Assembly: GCA_964016885.1 (NCBI GenBank)
Contig: OZ024741.1
Span: 190,836,001 to 190,900,000 of the forward strand
DNA length: 64,000 bases
Direction: 5' to 3'
Origin: Eledone cirrhosa
Taxonomy: Eukaryota
Positions 39,701-52,521 of the stretch are shown here, piece by piece (within the stretch, counting starts at the first letter, position 1; the number at the start of each line of letters is the position of its first letter). Made by a program: the position numbers and the translations under genes. Under the pieces are notes generated by a model. The model was given only the letters and a program-made list of their open reading frames with translations, did no database searches and was not told the DNA's origin.

Positions 39701-41759
39701 GGTAGTTTGTCTGGATGGTAAAGTGTCATATATGTTACCTGGTAGTTTGTCTGGATGGTAAAGTGTCATATATGTTACCTGGTAGTTTGTCTGGATGGTA
39801 AAGTGTCATATATGTTACCTGGTAGTTTGTCTGGATGGTAAAGTGTCATATATGTTACCTGGTAGTTTGTCTGGATGGTAAAGTGTGATATATGTTACCT
39901 GGTAGTTTGTCTGGATGGTAAAGTGTCATATATGTTACCTGGTAGTTTGTCTGGATGGTAAAGTGTTACATATGTCACCTGGTGGTTTGTCTGGATGGTA
40001 AAGTGTCATATATGTTACCTGGTGGTTTGTCTGGATGGTAAAGTTACCTGGTAGTTTGTCTGGCTGGTAAAGTGTCATATATGTTACCTGGTAGATTGTC
40101 TGGATGGTAAAGTGTCATATATGTTATCTGGTAGTTTGTCTGGATGGTAAAGTGTCATATATGTTACCTGGTAGTTTGTCTGGATGGTAAAGTGTCATAT
40201 ATGTTACCTAGTAGTTTATCTGGATGGTAAAGTGTTATATATGTTACCTAGTGGTTTGTCTGGATGGTAAAGTGTCATATATCATACCTGGTAGTTTGTC
40301 TGGATGGTAAAGTGTCATATATGTTACCTGGTAGTTTGTCTGGATGGTAAAGTGTCATATATGTTACCTGGTAGTTTGTCTGGATGGTAAAGTGTCATAT
40401 ATGTTACCTGGTAGTTTGTCTGGATGGTAAAGTGTTACATATGTTACCTCGTAGTTTGTCTGGATGGTAAAGTGTCATATATGTTACCTGGTGGTTTGTC
40501 TGGATGGTAAAGTTACCTGGTAGTTTGTCTGGATGTTAAAGTGTCATATAAGTTACCTCGTAGTTTGTCTGGATGGTAAAGTGTCATATATGTTACCTGG
40601 TGGTTTGTCTAGAAGGTAAAGTGTCATATATGTTACCTGGTGGTTTGTCTGGATGGTAAAGTGTTATATATGTTACCTCGTAGTTTGTCTGGATGGTAAA
40701 GTGTCATATATGTTACCTGGTGGTTTGTCTGGATGGTAAAGTGTCATATATGTTACCTGGTGGTTTGTCTGGATGGTAAAGTGTCATATAAGTTACCTGG
40801 TGGTTTGTTTGGATGGTAAAGTGTTATATATGTTACCTGGTAGTTTTTCTGGATGGTAAAGTGTCATATAAGTTACCTGGTAGTTTGTCTGGATGGTAAA
40901 GTATCATACATTTTACCTGGTGGTTTGTCTGGATGGTAAAGTTACCTGGTGGTTTGTCTGGATGGTAAAGGGTCATATATGTTACCTGGTGGTTTGTCTG
41001 GAAGGTAAAGTGTCATATAAGTTACCTGATAGTTTGTCTGGATGGTAAAGTTACCTGGTGGTTTGTCTGGCTGGTAAAGTGTCATATATGTTACCTGGTG
41101 GTTTGTCTGGATGGTAAAGTGTCATATATGTTACCTGGTGGTTTGTCTGGATGGTAAAGTGTCATATATGTTACCTGGTGGTTTGTCTGGAAGGTAAAGT
41201 GTCATATAAGTTACCTGGTAGTTTGTCTGGATGGTAAAGTTACCTGGTGGTTTGTCTGGAAGGTAAAGTGTCATATATGTTACCTGGTGGTTTGTCTGGC
41301 TGGTAAAGTGTCATATATGTTACCTGGTGGTTTGTCTGGATGGTAAAGTGTCATATATGTTACCTGGTGGTTTGTATGGATGGTAAAGTGTCATACATGT
41401 TACCTGGTGGTTTGTCTGTATGGTAAAGTGTCATATATGTTACCTGGTGGTTTGTCTGGATGGTAAAGTGTCATATATGTTACCTGGTGGTTTGTCTGGA
41501 TGGTAGTGTCATATATGTTACCTGGTGGTTTGTCTGGATGGTAAAGTGTCATATATGTTAACTGGTGGTTTGTCTGGATGGTAAAGTGTCATATATGTTA
41601 CCTGGTGGTTTGTCTGGATGGTAAAGTGTCATATATGTTACCTGGTAGTTTGTCTGGATGGTAAAGTGTCATATACGTTACCTGGTGGTTTGTCTGGATG
41701 GTAAAGTGTTATATATGTTAGCTGGTAGTTTGTCTGGATGGTAAAGTGTCATATAAGTC

Positions 41760-44700
41760 ACCTGGTGGTTTGTCTGGATGGTAAAGTCTCATATATGTTA
41801 CGTGGTGGTTTGTCTGGATGGTAAAGTGTCATATATGTTACCTGGTGGTTTGTCGGGATGGTAAAGTGTCATATATGTTACCTGGTGGTTTGTCTGGATG
41901 GTAAAGTGTCATATATGTTACCTGGTAGTTTGTCTGGATGGTAAAGTGTTATATATGTTACCTGGTGGTTTGTCTGGATGGTAAAGTGTCATATATGTTA
42001 CCTGGTAGTTTGTCTGGATGGTAAAGTGTCATATATGTTACCTGGTAGTTTGTCTGGATGGTAAAGTGTCATATATTTTATCTGGCAGTTTGTCTGGATG
42101 GTAAAGTGTCATATATGTTACCTGGTAGTTTGTCTGGATGGTAAAGTGTCATATATGTTACCTGGTAGTTTGTCTGAATGGTAAAGTGTCATATATGTTA
42201 CCAGGTAGTTTGTCTGGATGGTAAAGTGTCATATAAGTTACCTGGTAGTTTGTCTGGATGGTAAAGTGTTACATATGTTACCTGGTGGTTTGTCTGGATG
42301 GTAAAGTGTCATATATGTTACCTGGTGGTTTGTCTGGATGGTAAAGTTACCTGGTAGTTTGTCTGGATGGTAAAGTGTCATATATGTTACCTGGTAGTTT
42401 GTCTGGATGGTAAAGTGTCATATATGTTACCTGGTAGTTTGTCTGGATGGTAAAGTGTCATATATGTTACCTGGTAGTTTGTCTGGATGGTAAAGTGTCA
42501 TATATGTTACCCGGTAGTTTATCTGGATGGTAAAGTGTCATATATGTTACCTAGTGGTTTGTCTGGATGGTAAAGTGTCATAATCATACCTGGTAGTTTG
42601 TCTGGATGGTAAAGTGTCATATATGTTACCTGGTAGTTTGTCTGGATGGTAAAGTGTCATATATGTTACCTGGTAGTTTGTCTGGATGGTAAAGTGTTAC
42701 ATATGTTACCTCGTAGTTTGTCTGGATGGTAAAGTGTCATATATGTTACCTGGTGGTTTGTCTGGATGGTAAAGTTACCTGGTATTTTGTTTGGATGTTA
42801 AAGTGTCATATAAGCTATCTCGTAGTTTGTCTGGTTGGTAAAGTGTCATATATGTTACCTGGTGGTTTGTCTGGAAGGTAAAGTGTCATATATGTTACCT
42901 GGTAGTTTGTCTGGATGGTAAAGTGTTATATATGTTACCTCGTAGTTTGTCTGGATGGTAAAGTGTCATATAAGTTACCTGGTGGTTTGTCTGGAAGGTA
43001 AAGTGTCATATATGTTACGTAGTGGGCTGTCTGGATGGTAAAGTGTCATATATGTTACCTGGTGGTTTGTCTGGATGGTAAAGTGTCATATATGTTACCT
43101 GGTGGTTTGTCTGGATGGTAAAGTGTCATATATGTTACCTGGTGGTTTGTCTGGATGGTAATGTGTCATATAAGTTACCTGGTGGTTTGTTTGGATGCTA
43201 AAGTGTTATATATGTTACCTGGTAGTTTGTCTGGATGGTAAAGTGTCATATATGTTACCTGGTGGTTTGTCTGGATGGTAAAGTGTCATACATGTTACCT
43301 GGTGGTTTGTCTGGATGGTAAAGTTACCTGGTGGTTTGTCTGGATGGTAAAGTGTCATATATGTTACCTGGTGGTTTGTCTGGATGGTAAAGTGTTATAT
43401 ATGTTACCTGGTAGTTTGTGTGGATGGTAAAGTGTCATATATGTTACCTGGTGGGTTGTCTGGATGGTAAAGTGTCATATATGTTACCTGGTGGGTTGTC
43501 TGGATGGTAAAGTGTTATATATGTTACCTGGTAGTTTGTCTGGATGGTAAAGTGTCATATATGTTACCTGGTGGTTTGTCTGGATGGTAAAGTGTCATAT
43601 ATGTTAGCTGGTGGTTTGTCTGGATGGTAAAGTGTCATATATGTTACCTGGTGGTTTGTCTGGATGGTAAAGTGTCATATATGTTACCTGGTAGTTTGTC
43701 TGGATGGTAAAGTGTCATATATTTTACCTGGTAGTTTGTCTGGATGGTAAAGTGTCATATATGTTACCTGGTAGTTTGTCTGGATGGTAAAGTGTCATAT
43801 ATGTTACCTGGTAGTTTGTCTGGATGGTAAAGTGTCATATATGTTACCTGGTAGTTTGTCTGGATGGTAAAGTGTCATATATGTTACCTGGTAGTTTGTC
43901 TGGATGGTAAAGTGTCATATATGTTACCTGGTAGTTTGTCTGGATGGTAAAGTGTCATATATGTTACCTGGTAGTTTGTCTGGATGGTAAAGTGTTACAT
44001 ATGTTACCTGGTGGTTTGTCTGGATGGTAAAGTGTCATATATGTTACCTGGTGGTTTGTCTGGATGGTAAAGTTACCTGGTAGTTTGCCTGGATGGTAAA
44101 GTGTCATATATGTTACCTGGTAGTTTGTCTCGATGCTAAAGTGTCATATATGTTACCTGGTAGTTTGTCTGGATGGTAAAGTGTCATATATGTTACCTGG
44201 TAGTTTGTCTGGATGGTAAAGTGTAATATATGTTACCTGGTAGTTTGTCTGGATGGTAAAGTGTCATATATGTTACCTGGTAGTTTGTCTGGATGGTAAA
44301 GTGTTACATATGTTACCTCGTAGTTTGTCTGGATGGTAAAGTGTCATATATGTTACCTGGTGGTTTGTCTGGAGGTAAAGTGTCATATATGTTACCTAGT
44401 GGTTTGTCTGGATGGTAAAGTGTCATAATCATACCTGGTAGTTTGTCTGGATGGTAAAGTGTCATATATGTTACCTGGTAGTTTGTCTGGATGGTAAAGT
44501 GTCATATATGTTACCTGGTAGTTTGTCTGGATGGTAAAGTGTTACATATGTTACCTCGTAGTTTGTCTGGATGGTAAAGTGTCATATATGTTACCTGGTG
44601 GTTTGTCTGGATGGTAAAGTTACCTGGTAGTTTGTTTGGATGTTAAAGTGTCATATAAGTTACCTCGTAGTTTGTCTGGTTGGTAAAGTGTCATATATGT

Positions 44701-47700
44701 TACCTGGTGGTTTGTCTGGAAGGTAAAGTGTCATATATGTTACCTGGTAGTTTGTCTGGATGGTAAAGTGTTATATATGTTACCTCGTAGTTTGTCTGGA
44801 TGGTAAAGTGTCATATAAGTTACCTGGTGGTTTGTCTGGAAGGTAAAGTGTCATATATGTTACGTAGTGGGCTGTCTGGATGGTAAAGTGTCATCTATGT
44901 TACCTGGTGGTTTGTCTGGATGGTAAAGTGTCATATATGTTACCTGGTGGTTTGTCTGGATGGTAAAGTGTCATATATGTTACCTGGTGGTTTGTCTGGA
45001 TGGTAATGTGTCATATAAGTTACCTGGTGGTTTGTTTGGATGCTAAAGTGTTATATATGTTACCTGGTAGTTTGTCTGGATGGTAAAGTGTCATATATGT
45101 TACCTGGTGGTTTGTCTGGATGGTAAAGTGTCATACATGTTACCTGGTGGTTTGTCTGGATGGTAAAGTTACCTGATGGTTTGTCTGGATGGTAAAGTGT
45201 CATATATGTTACCTGGTGGTTTGTCTGGATGGTAAAGTGTTATATATGTTACCTGGTAGTTTGTCTGGATGGTAAAGTGTCATATATGTTACCTGGTGGG
45301 TTGTCTGGATGGTAAAGTGTCATATATGTTACCTGGTGGGTTGTCTGGATGGTAAAGTGTTATATATGTTACCTGGTAGTTTGTCTGGATGGTAAAGTGT
45401 CATATATGTTACCTGGTGGTTTGTCTGGATGGTAAAGTGTCATATATGTTAGCTGGTGGTTTGTCTGGATGGTAAAGTGTCATATATGTTACCTGGTGGT
45501 TTGTCTGGATGGTAAAGTGTCATATATGTTACCTGGTAGTTTGTCTGGATGGTAAAGTGTCATATATGTTAACTGGTAGTTTGTCTGGATGGTAAAGTGT
45601 CATATATGTTACCTGGTAGTTTGTCTGGATGGTAAAGTGTCATATATGTTATCTGGTAGTTTGTCTGGATGGTAAAGTGTCATATATGTTACCTGGTAGT
45701 TTGTCTGGATGGTAAAGTGTCATATATGTTACCTGGTAGTTTGTCTGGATGGTAAAGTGTCATATATGTTACCTGGTAGTTTGTCTGGATGGTAAAGTGT
45801 CATATATGTTACCTGGTAGTTTGTCTGGATGGTAAAGTGTCATATATGTTACCTGGTAGTTTGTCTGGATGGTAAAGTGTTACATATGTTACCTGGTGGT
45901 TTGTCTGGATGGTAAAGTGTCATATATGTTACCTGGTGGTTTGTCTGGATGGTAAAGTTACCTGGTAGTTTGCCTGGATGGTAAAGTGTCATATATGTTA
46001 CCTGGTAGTTTGTCTGGATGCTAAAGTGTCATATATGTTACCTGGTAGTTTGTCTGGATGGTAAAGTGTCATATATGTTACCTGGTAGTTTGTCTGGATG
46101 GTAAAGTGTAATATATGTTACCTGGTAGTTTGTCTGGATGGTAAAGTGTCATATATGTTACCTGGTAGTTTGTCTGGATGGTAAAGTGTTACATATGTTA
46201 CCTCGTAGTTTGTCTGGATGGTAAAGTGTCATATATGTTACCTGGTGGTTTGTCTGGATGGTAAAGTTACCTGGTAGTTTGTCTGGATGTTAAAGTGTCA
46301 TATAAGTTACATCGTAGTTTGTCTGGATGGTAAAGTGTCATATATGTTACCTGGTGGTTTGTCTGGAAGGTAAAGTGTCATATATGTTACCTGGTGGTTT
46401 GTCTGGATGGTAAAGTGTTATATATGTTACCTCGTAGTTTGTCTGGATGGTAAAGTGTCATATAAGTTGCCTGTTGCTTTGTCTGGAAGGTAAAGTGTCA
46501 TATATGTTACCCAGTGGGCTGTCTGGATGGTAAAGTGTCATATATGTTACCTGGTGATTTGTCTGGATGGTAAAGTGTCATATATGTTACCTGGTGGTTT
46601 GTCTGGATGGTAAAGTGTCATATATATTACCTGGTGATTTGTCTGGATGGTAAAGTGTCATATAAGTTACCTGGTGGTTTGTTTGGATGGTAAAGTGTTA
46701 TATATGTTACCTGGTAGTTTTTCTGGATGGTAAAGTGTCATATATGTTACCTGGTGCTTTGTCTGGATGGTAAAGTGTCATACATGTTACCTGGTGGTTT
46801 GTCTGGATGGTAAAGTTACCTGGTGGTTTGTCTGGATGGTAAAGTGTCATATATGTTACCTGGTGGTTTGTCTGGAAGGTAAAGTGTCATATAAGTTACC
46901 TGATAGTTTGTCTGGATGGTAAAGTGTCATATATGTTACCTGGTGGTTTGTCTGGATGGTAAAGTGTCATATATGTTACCTGGTGGTTTGTCTGGAAGGT
47001 AAAGTGTCATATAAGTTACCTGGTAGTTTGTCTGGATCGTAAAGTTACCTGGTGGTTTGTCTGGAAGGTAAAGTGTCATATATGTTACCTGGTGGTTTGT
47101 CTGGATGGTAAAGTGTCATATATGTTACCTGGTGGTTTGTCTGGATGGTAAAGTCTCATATATGTTACGTGGTGGTTTGTCTGGATGGGAAAGTGTCATA
47201 TATGTTACCTGGTGGTTTGTCGGGATGGTAAAGTGTCATATATGTTACCTGGTGGTTTGTCTGGATGGTAAAGTGTCATATATGTTACCTGGTAGTTTGT
47301 CTGGATGGTAAAGTGTTATATATGTTACCTGGTGGTTTGTCTGGATGGTAAAGTGTCATATATGTTACCTGGTAGTTTGTCTGGATGGTAAAGTGTCATA
47401 TATGTTACCTGGTAGTTTGTCTGGATGGTAAAGTGTCATATATTTTATCTGGCAGTTTGTCTGGATGGTAAAGTGTCATATATGTTACCTGGTAGTTTGT
47501 CTGGATGGTAAAGTGTCATATATGTTACCTGGTAGTTTGTCTGAATGGTAAAGTGTCATATATGTTACCAGGTAGTTTGTCTGGATGGTAAAGTGTCATA
47601 TAAGTTACCTGGTAGTTTGTCTGGATGGTAAAGTGTTACATATGTTACCTGGTGGTTTGTCTGGATGGTAAAGTGTCATATATGTTACCTGGTGGTTTGT

Positions 47701-50700
47701 CTGGATGGTAAAGTTACCTGGTAGTTTGTCTGGATGGTAAAGTGTCATATATGTTACCTGGTAGTTTGTCTGGATGGTAAAGTGTCATATATGTTACCTG
47801 GTAGTTTGTCTGGATGGTAAAGTGTCATATATGTTACCTGGTAGTTTGTCTGGATGGTAAAGTGTCATATATGTTACCCGGTAGTTTATCTGGATGGTAA
47901 AGTGTCATATATGTTACCTAGTGGTTTGTCTGGATGGTAAAGTGTCATAATCATACCTGGTAGTTTGTCTGGATGGTAAAGTGTCATATATGTTACCTGG
48001 TAGTTTGTCTGGATGGTAAAGTGTCATATATGTTACCTGGTAGTTTGTCTGGATGGTAAAGTGTTACATATGTTACCTCGTAGTTTGTCTGGATGGTAAA
48101 GTGTCATATATGTTACCTGGTGGTTTGTCTGGATGGTAAAGTTACCTGGTATTTTGTTTGGATGTTAAAGTGTCATATAAGTTATCTCGTAGTTTGTCTG
48201 GTTGGTAAAGTGTCATATATGTTACCTGGTGGTTTGTCTGGAAGGTAAAGTGTCATATATGTTACCTGGTAGTTTGTCTGGATGGTAAAGTGTTATATAT
48301 GTTACCTCGTAGTTTGTCTGGATGGTAAAGTGTCATATAAGTTACCTGGTGGTTTGTCTGGAAGGTAAAGTGTCATATATGTTACGTAGTGGGCTGTCTG
48401 GATGGTAAAGTGTCATATATGTTACCTGGTGGTTTGTCTGGATGGTAAAGTGTCATATATGTTACCTGGTGGTTTGTCTGGATGGTAAAGTGTCATATAT
48501 GTTACCTGGTGGTTTGTCTGGATGGTAATGTGTCATATAAGTTACCTGGTGGTTTGTTTGGATGCTAAAGTGTTATATATGTTACCTGGTAGTTTGTCTG
48601 GATGGTAAAGTGTCATATATGTTACCTGGTGGTTTGTCTGGATGGTAAAGTGTCATACATGTTACCTGGTGGTTTGTCTGGATGGTAAAGTTACCTGGTG
48701 GTTTGTCTGGATGGTAAAGTGTCATATATGTTACCTGGTGGTTTGTCTGGATGGTAAAGTGTTATATATGTTACCTGGTAGTTTGTGTGGATGGTAAAGT
48801 GTCATATATGTTACCTGGTGGGTTGTCTGGATGGTAAAGTGTCATATATGTTACCTGGTGGGTTGTCTGGATGGTAAAGTGTTATATATGTTACCTGGTA
48901 GTTTGTCTGGATGGTAAAGTGTCATATATGTTACCTGGTGGTTTGTCTGGATGGTAAAGTGTCATATATGTTAGCTGGTGGTTTGTCTGGATGGTAAAGT
49001 GTCATATATGTTACCTGGTGGTTTGTCTGGATGGTAAAGTGTCATATATGTTACCTGGTAGTTTGTCTGGATGGTAAAGTGTCATATATTTTACCTGGTA
49101 GTTTGTCTGGATGGTAAAGTGTCATATATGTTACCTGGTAGTTTGTCTGGATGGTAAAGTGTCATATATGTTACCTGGTAGTTTGTCTGGATGGTAAAGT
49201 GTCATATATGTTACCTGGTAGTTTGTCTGGATGGTAAAGTGTCATATATGTTACCTGGTAGTTTGTCTGGATGGTAAAGTGTCATATATGTTACCTGGTA
49301 GTTTGTCTGGATGGTAAAGTGTCATATATGTTACCTGGTAGTTTGTCTGGATGGTAAAGTGTTACATATGTTACCTGGTGGTTTGTCTGGATGGTAAAGT
49401 GTCATATATGTTACCTGGTGGTTTGTCTGGATGGTAAAGTTACCTGGTAGTTTGCCTGGATGGTAAAGTGTCATATATGTTACCTGGTAGTTTGTCTCGA
49501 TGCTAAAGTGTCATATATGTTACCTGGTAGTTTGTCTGGATGGTAAAGTGTCATATATGTTACCTGGTAGTTTGTCTGGATGGTAAAGTGTAATATATGT
49601 TACCTGGTAGTTTGTCTGGATGGTAAAGTGTCATATATGTTACCTGGTAGTTTGTCTGGATGGTAAAGTGTTACATATGTTACCTCGTAGTTTGTCTGGA
49701 TGGTAAAGTGTCATATATGTTACCTGGTGGTTTGTCTGGAGGTAAAGTGTCATATATGTTACCTAGTGGTTTGTCTGGATGGTAAAGTGTCATAATCATA
49801 CCTGGTAGTTTGTCTGGATGGTAAAGTGTCATATATGTTACCTGGTAGTTTGTCTGGATGGTAAAGTGTCATATATGTTACCTGGTAGTTTGTCTGGATG
49901 GTAAAGTGTTACATATGTTACCTCGTAGTTTGTCTGGATGGTAAAGTGTCATATATGTTACCTGGTGGTTTGTCTGGATGGTAAAGTTACCTGGTAGTTT
50001 GTTTGGATGTTAAAGTGTCATATAAGTTACCTCGTAGTTTGTCTGGTTGGTAAAGTGTCATATATGTTACCTGGTGGTTTGTCTGGAAGGTAAAGTGTCA
50101 TATATGTTACCTGGTAGTTTGTCTGGATGGTAAAGTGTTATATATGTTACCTCGTAGTTTGTCTGGATGGTAAAGTGTCATATAAGTTACCTGGTGGTTT
50201 GTCTGGAAGGTAAAGTGTCATATATGTTACGTAGTGGGCTGTCTGGATGGTAAAGTGTCATATATGTTACCTGGTGGTTTGTCTGGATGGTAAAGTGTCA
50301 TATATGTTACCTGGTGGTTTGTCTGGATGGTAAAGTGTCATATATGTTACCTGGTGGTTTGTCTGGATGGTAATGTGTCATATAAGTTACCTGGTGGTTT
50401 GTTTGGATGCTAAAGTGTTATATATGTTACCTGGTAGTTTGTCTGGATGGTAAAGTGTCATATATGTTACCTGGTGGTTTGTCTGGATGGTAAAGTGTCA
50501 TACATGTTACCTGGTGGTTTGTCTGGATGGTAAAGTTACCTGATGGTTTGTCTGGATGGTAAAGTGTCATATATGTTACCTGGTGGTTTGTCTGGATGGT
50601 AAAGTGTTATATATGTTACCTGGTAGTTTGTCTGGATGGTAAAGTGTCATATATGTTACCTGGTGGGTTGTCTGGATGGTAAAGTGTCATATATGTTACC

Positions 50701-52521
50701 TGGTGGGTTGTCTGGATGGTAAAGTGTTATATATGTTACCTGGTAGTTTGTCTGGATGGTAAAGTGTCATATATGTTACCTGGTGGTTTGTCTGGATGGT
50801 AAAGTGTCATATATGTTAGCTGGTGGTTTGTCTGGATGGTAAAGTGTCATATATGTTACCTGGTGGTTTGTCTGGATGGTAAAGTGTCATATATGTTACC
50901 TGGTAGTTTGTCTGGATGGTAAAGTGTCATATATGTTAACTGGTAGTTTGTCTGGATGGTAAAGTGTCATATATGTTACCTGGTAGTTTGTCTGGATGGT
51001 AAAGTGTCATATATGTTATCTGGTAGTTTGTCTGGATGGTAAAGTGTCATATATGTTACCTGGTAGTTTGTCTGGATGGTAAAGTGTCATATATGTTACC
51101 TGGTAGTTTGTCTGGATGGTAAAGTGTCATATATGTTACCTGGTAGTTTGTCTGGATGGTAAAGTGTCATATATGTTACCTGGTAGTTTGTCTGGATGGT
51201 AAAGTGTCATATATGTTACCTGGTAGTTTGTCTGGATGGTAAAGTGTTACATATGTTACCTGGTGGTTTGTCTGGATGGTAAAGTGTCATATATGTTACC
51301 TGGTGGTTTGTCTGGATGGTAAAGTTACCTGGTAGTTTGCCTGGATGGTAAAGTGTCATATATGTTACCTGGTAGTTTGTCTGGATGCTAAAGTGTCATA
51401 TATGTTACCTGGTAGTTTGTCTGGATGGTAAAGTGTCATATATGTTACCTGGTAGTTTGTCTGGATGGTAAAGTGTAATATATGTTACCTGGTAGTTTGT
51501 CTGGATGGTAAAGTGTCATATATGTTACCTGGTAGTTTGTCTGGATGGTAAAGTGTTACATATGTTACCTCGTAGTTTGTCTGGATGGTAAAGTGTCATA
51601 TATGTTACCTGGTGGTTTGTCTGGATGGTAAAGTTACCTGGTAGTTTGTCTGGATGTTAAAGTGTCATATAAGTTACATCGTAGTTTGTCTGGATGGTAA
51701 AGTGTCATATATGTTACCTGGTGGTTTGTCTGGAAGGTAAAGTGTCATATATGTTACCTGGTGGTTTGTCTGGATGGTAAAGTGTTATATATGTTACCTC
51801 GTAGTTTGTCTGGATGGTAAAGTGTCATATAAGTTGCCTGTTGCTTTGTCTGGAAGGTAAAGTGTCATATATGTTACCCAGTGGGCTGTCTGGATGGTAA
51901 AGTGTCATATATGTTACCTGGTGATTTGTCTGGATGGTAAAGTGTCATATATGTTACCTGGTGGTTTGTCTGGATGGTAAAGTGTCATATATATTACCTG
52001 GTGATTTGTCTGGATGGTAAAGTGTCATATAAGTTACCTGGTGGTTTGTTTGGATGGTAAAGTGTTATATATGTTACCTGGTAGTTTTTCTGGATGGTAA
52101 AGTGTCATATATGTTACCTGGTGCTTTGTCTGGATGGTAAAGTGTCATACATGTTACCTGGTGGTTTGTCTGGATGGTAAAGTTACCTGGTGGTTTGTCT
52201 GGATGGTAAAGTGTCATATATGTTACCTGGTGGTTTGTCTGGAAGGTAAAGTGTCATATAAGTTACCTGATAGTTTGTCTGGATGGTAAAGTGTCATATA
52301 TGTTACCTGGTGGTTTGTCTGGATGGTAAAGTGTCATATATGTTACCTGGTGGTTTGTCTGGAAGGTAAAGTGTCATATAAGTTACCTGGTAGTTTGTCT
52401 GGATCGTAAAGTTACCTGGTGGTTTGTCTGGAAGGTAAAGTGTCATATATGTTACCTGGTGGTTTGTCTGGATGGTAAAGTGTCATATATGTTACCTGGT
52501 GGTTTGTCTGGATGGTAAAGT
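41760..52521 (+). repeat. Complete head-to-tail tandem duplication of a 5,367-bp unit (41760..47126 and 47127..52493, identity extending to ~52521)
   Basis: AAGTCTC 41788/47155, the 1-bp deletion GGAGGTAAAG 44371/49738, and GGATCGT 47038/52405 all lie at +5367. I noticed only about three substitutions (near 42805, 44895, 47189). Confidence 0.92.
42540..46255 (+). repeat. Nested tandem sub-duplication, offset 1,845 then 1,885 bp, inside the 5,367-bp unit (repeated at +5,367)
   Basis: TAATCATACC 42581/44426 and CTGGTTGG 42835/44680 (+1845). TTGCCTGG 44088/45973 (+1885, one extra monomer in the A-type run). Confidence 0.86.

Larger units (their letters stand above)
32380..41630 (+). repeat. Large duplication: ~37940..41630 matches ~32380..34081 (offset 5,558) and ~35420..37950 (offset 3,628/3,668)
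   Basis: GGTTCGTC 32456/38014 and ORFs 33837/39395 (+5558). ORFs 35767/39395 (+3628). AAAGGGTC 37302/40970 (+3668). 5558-3628=1930=665+1265. Confidence 0.85.
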
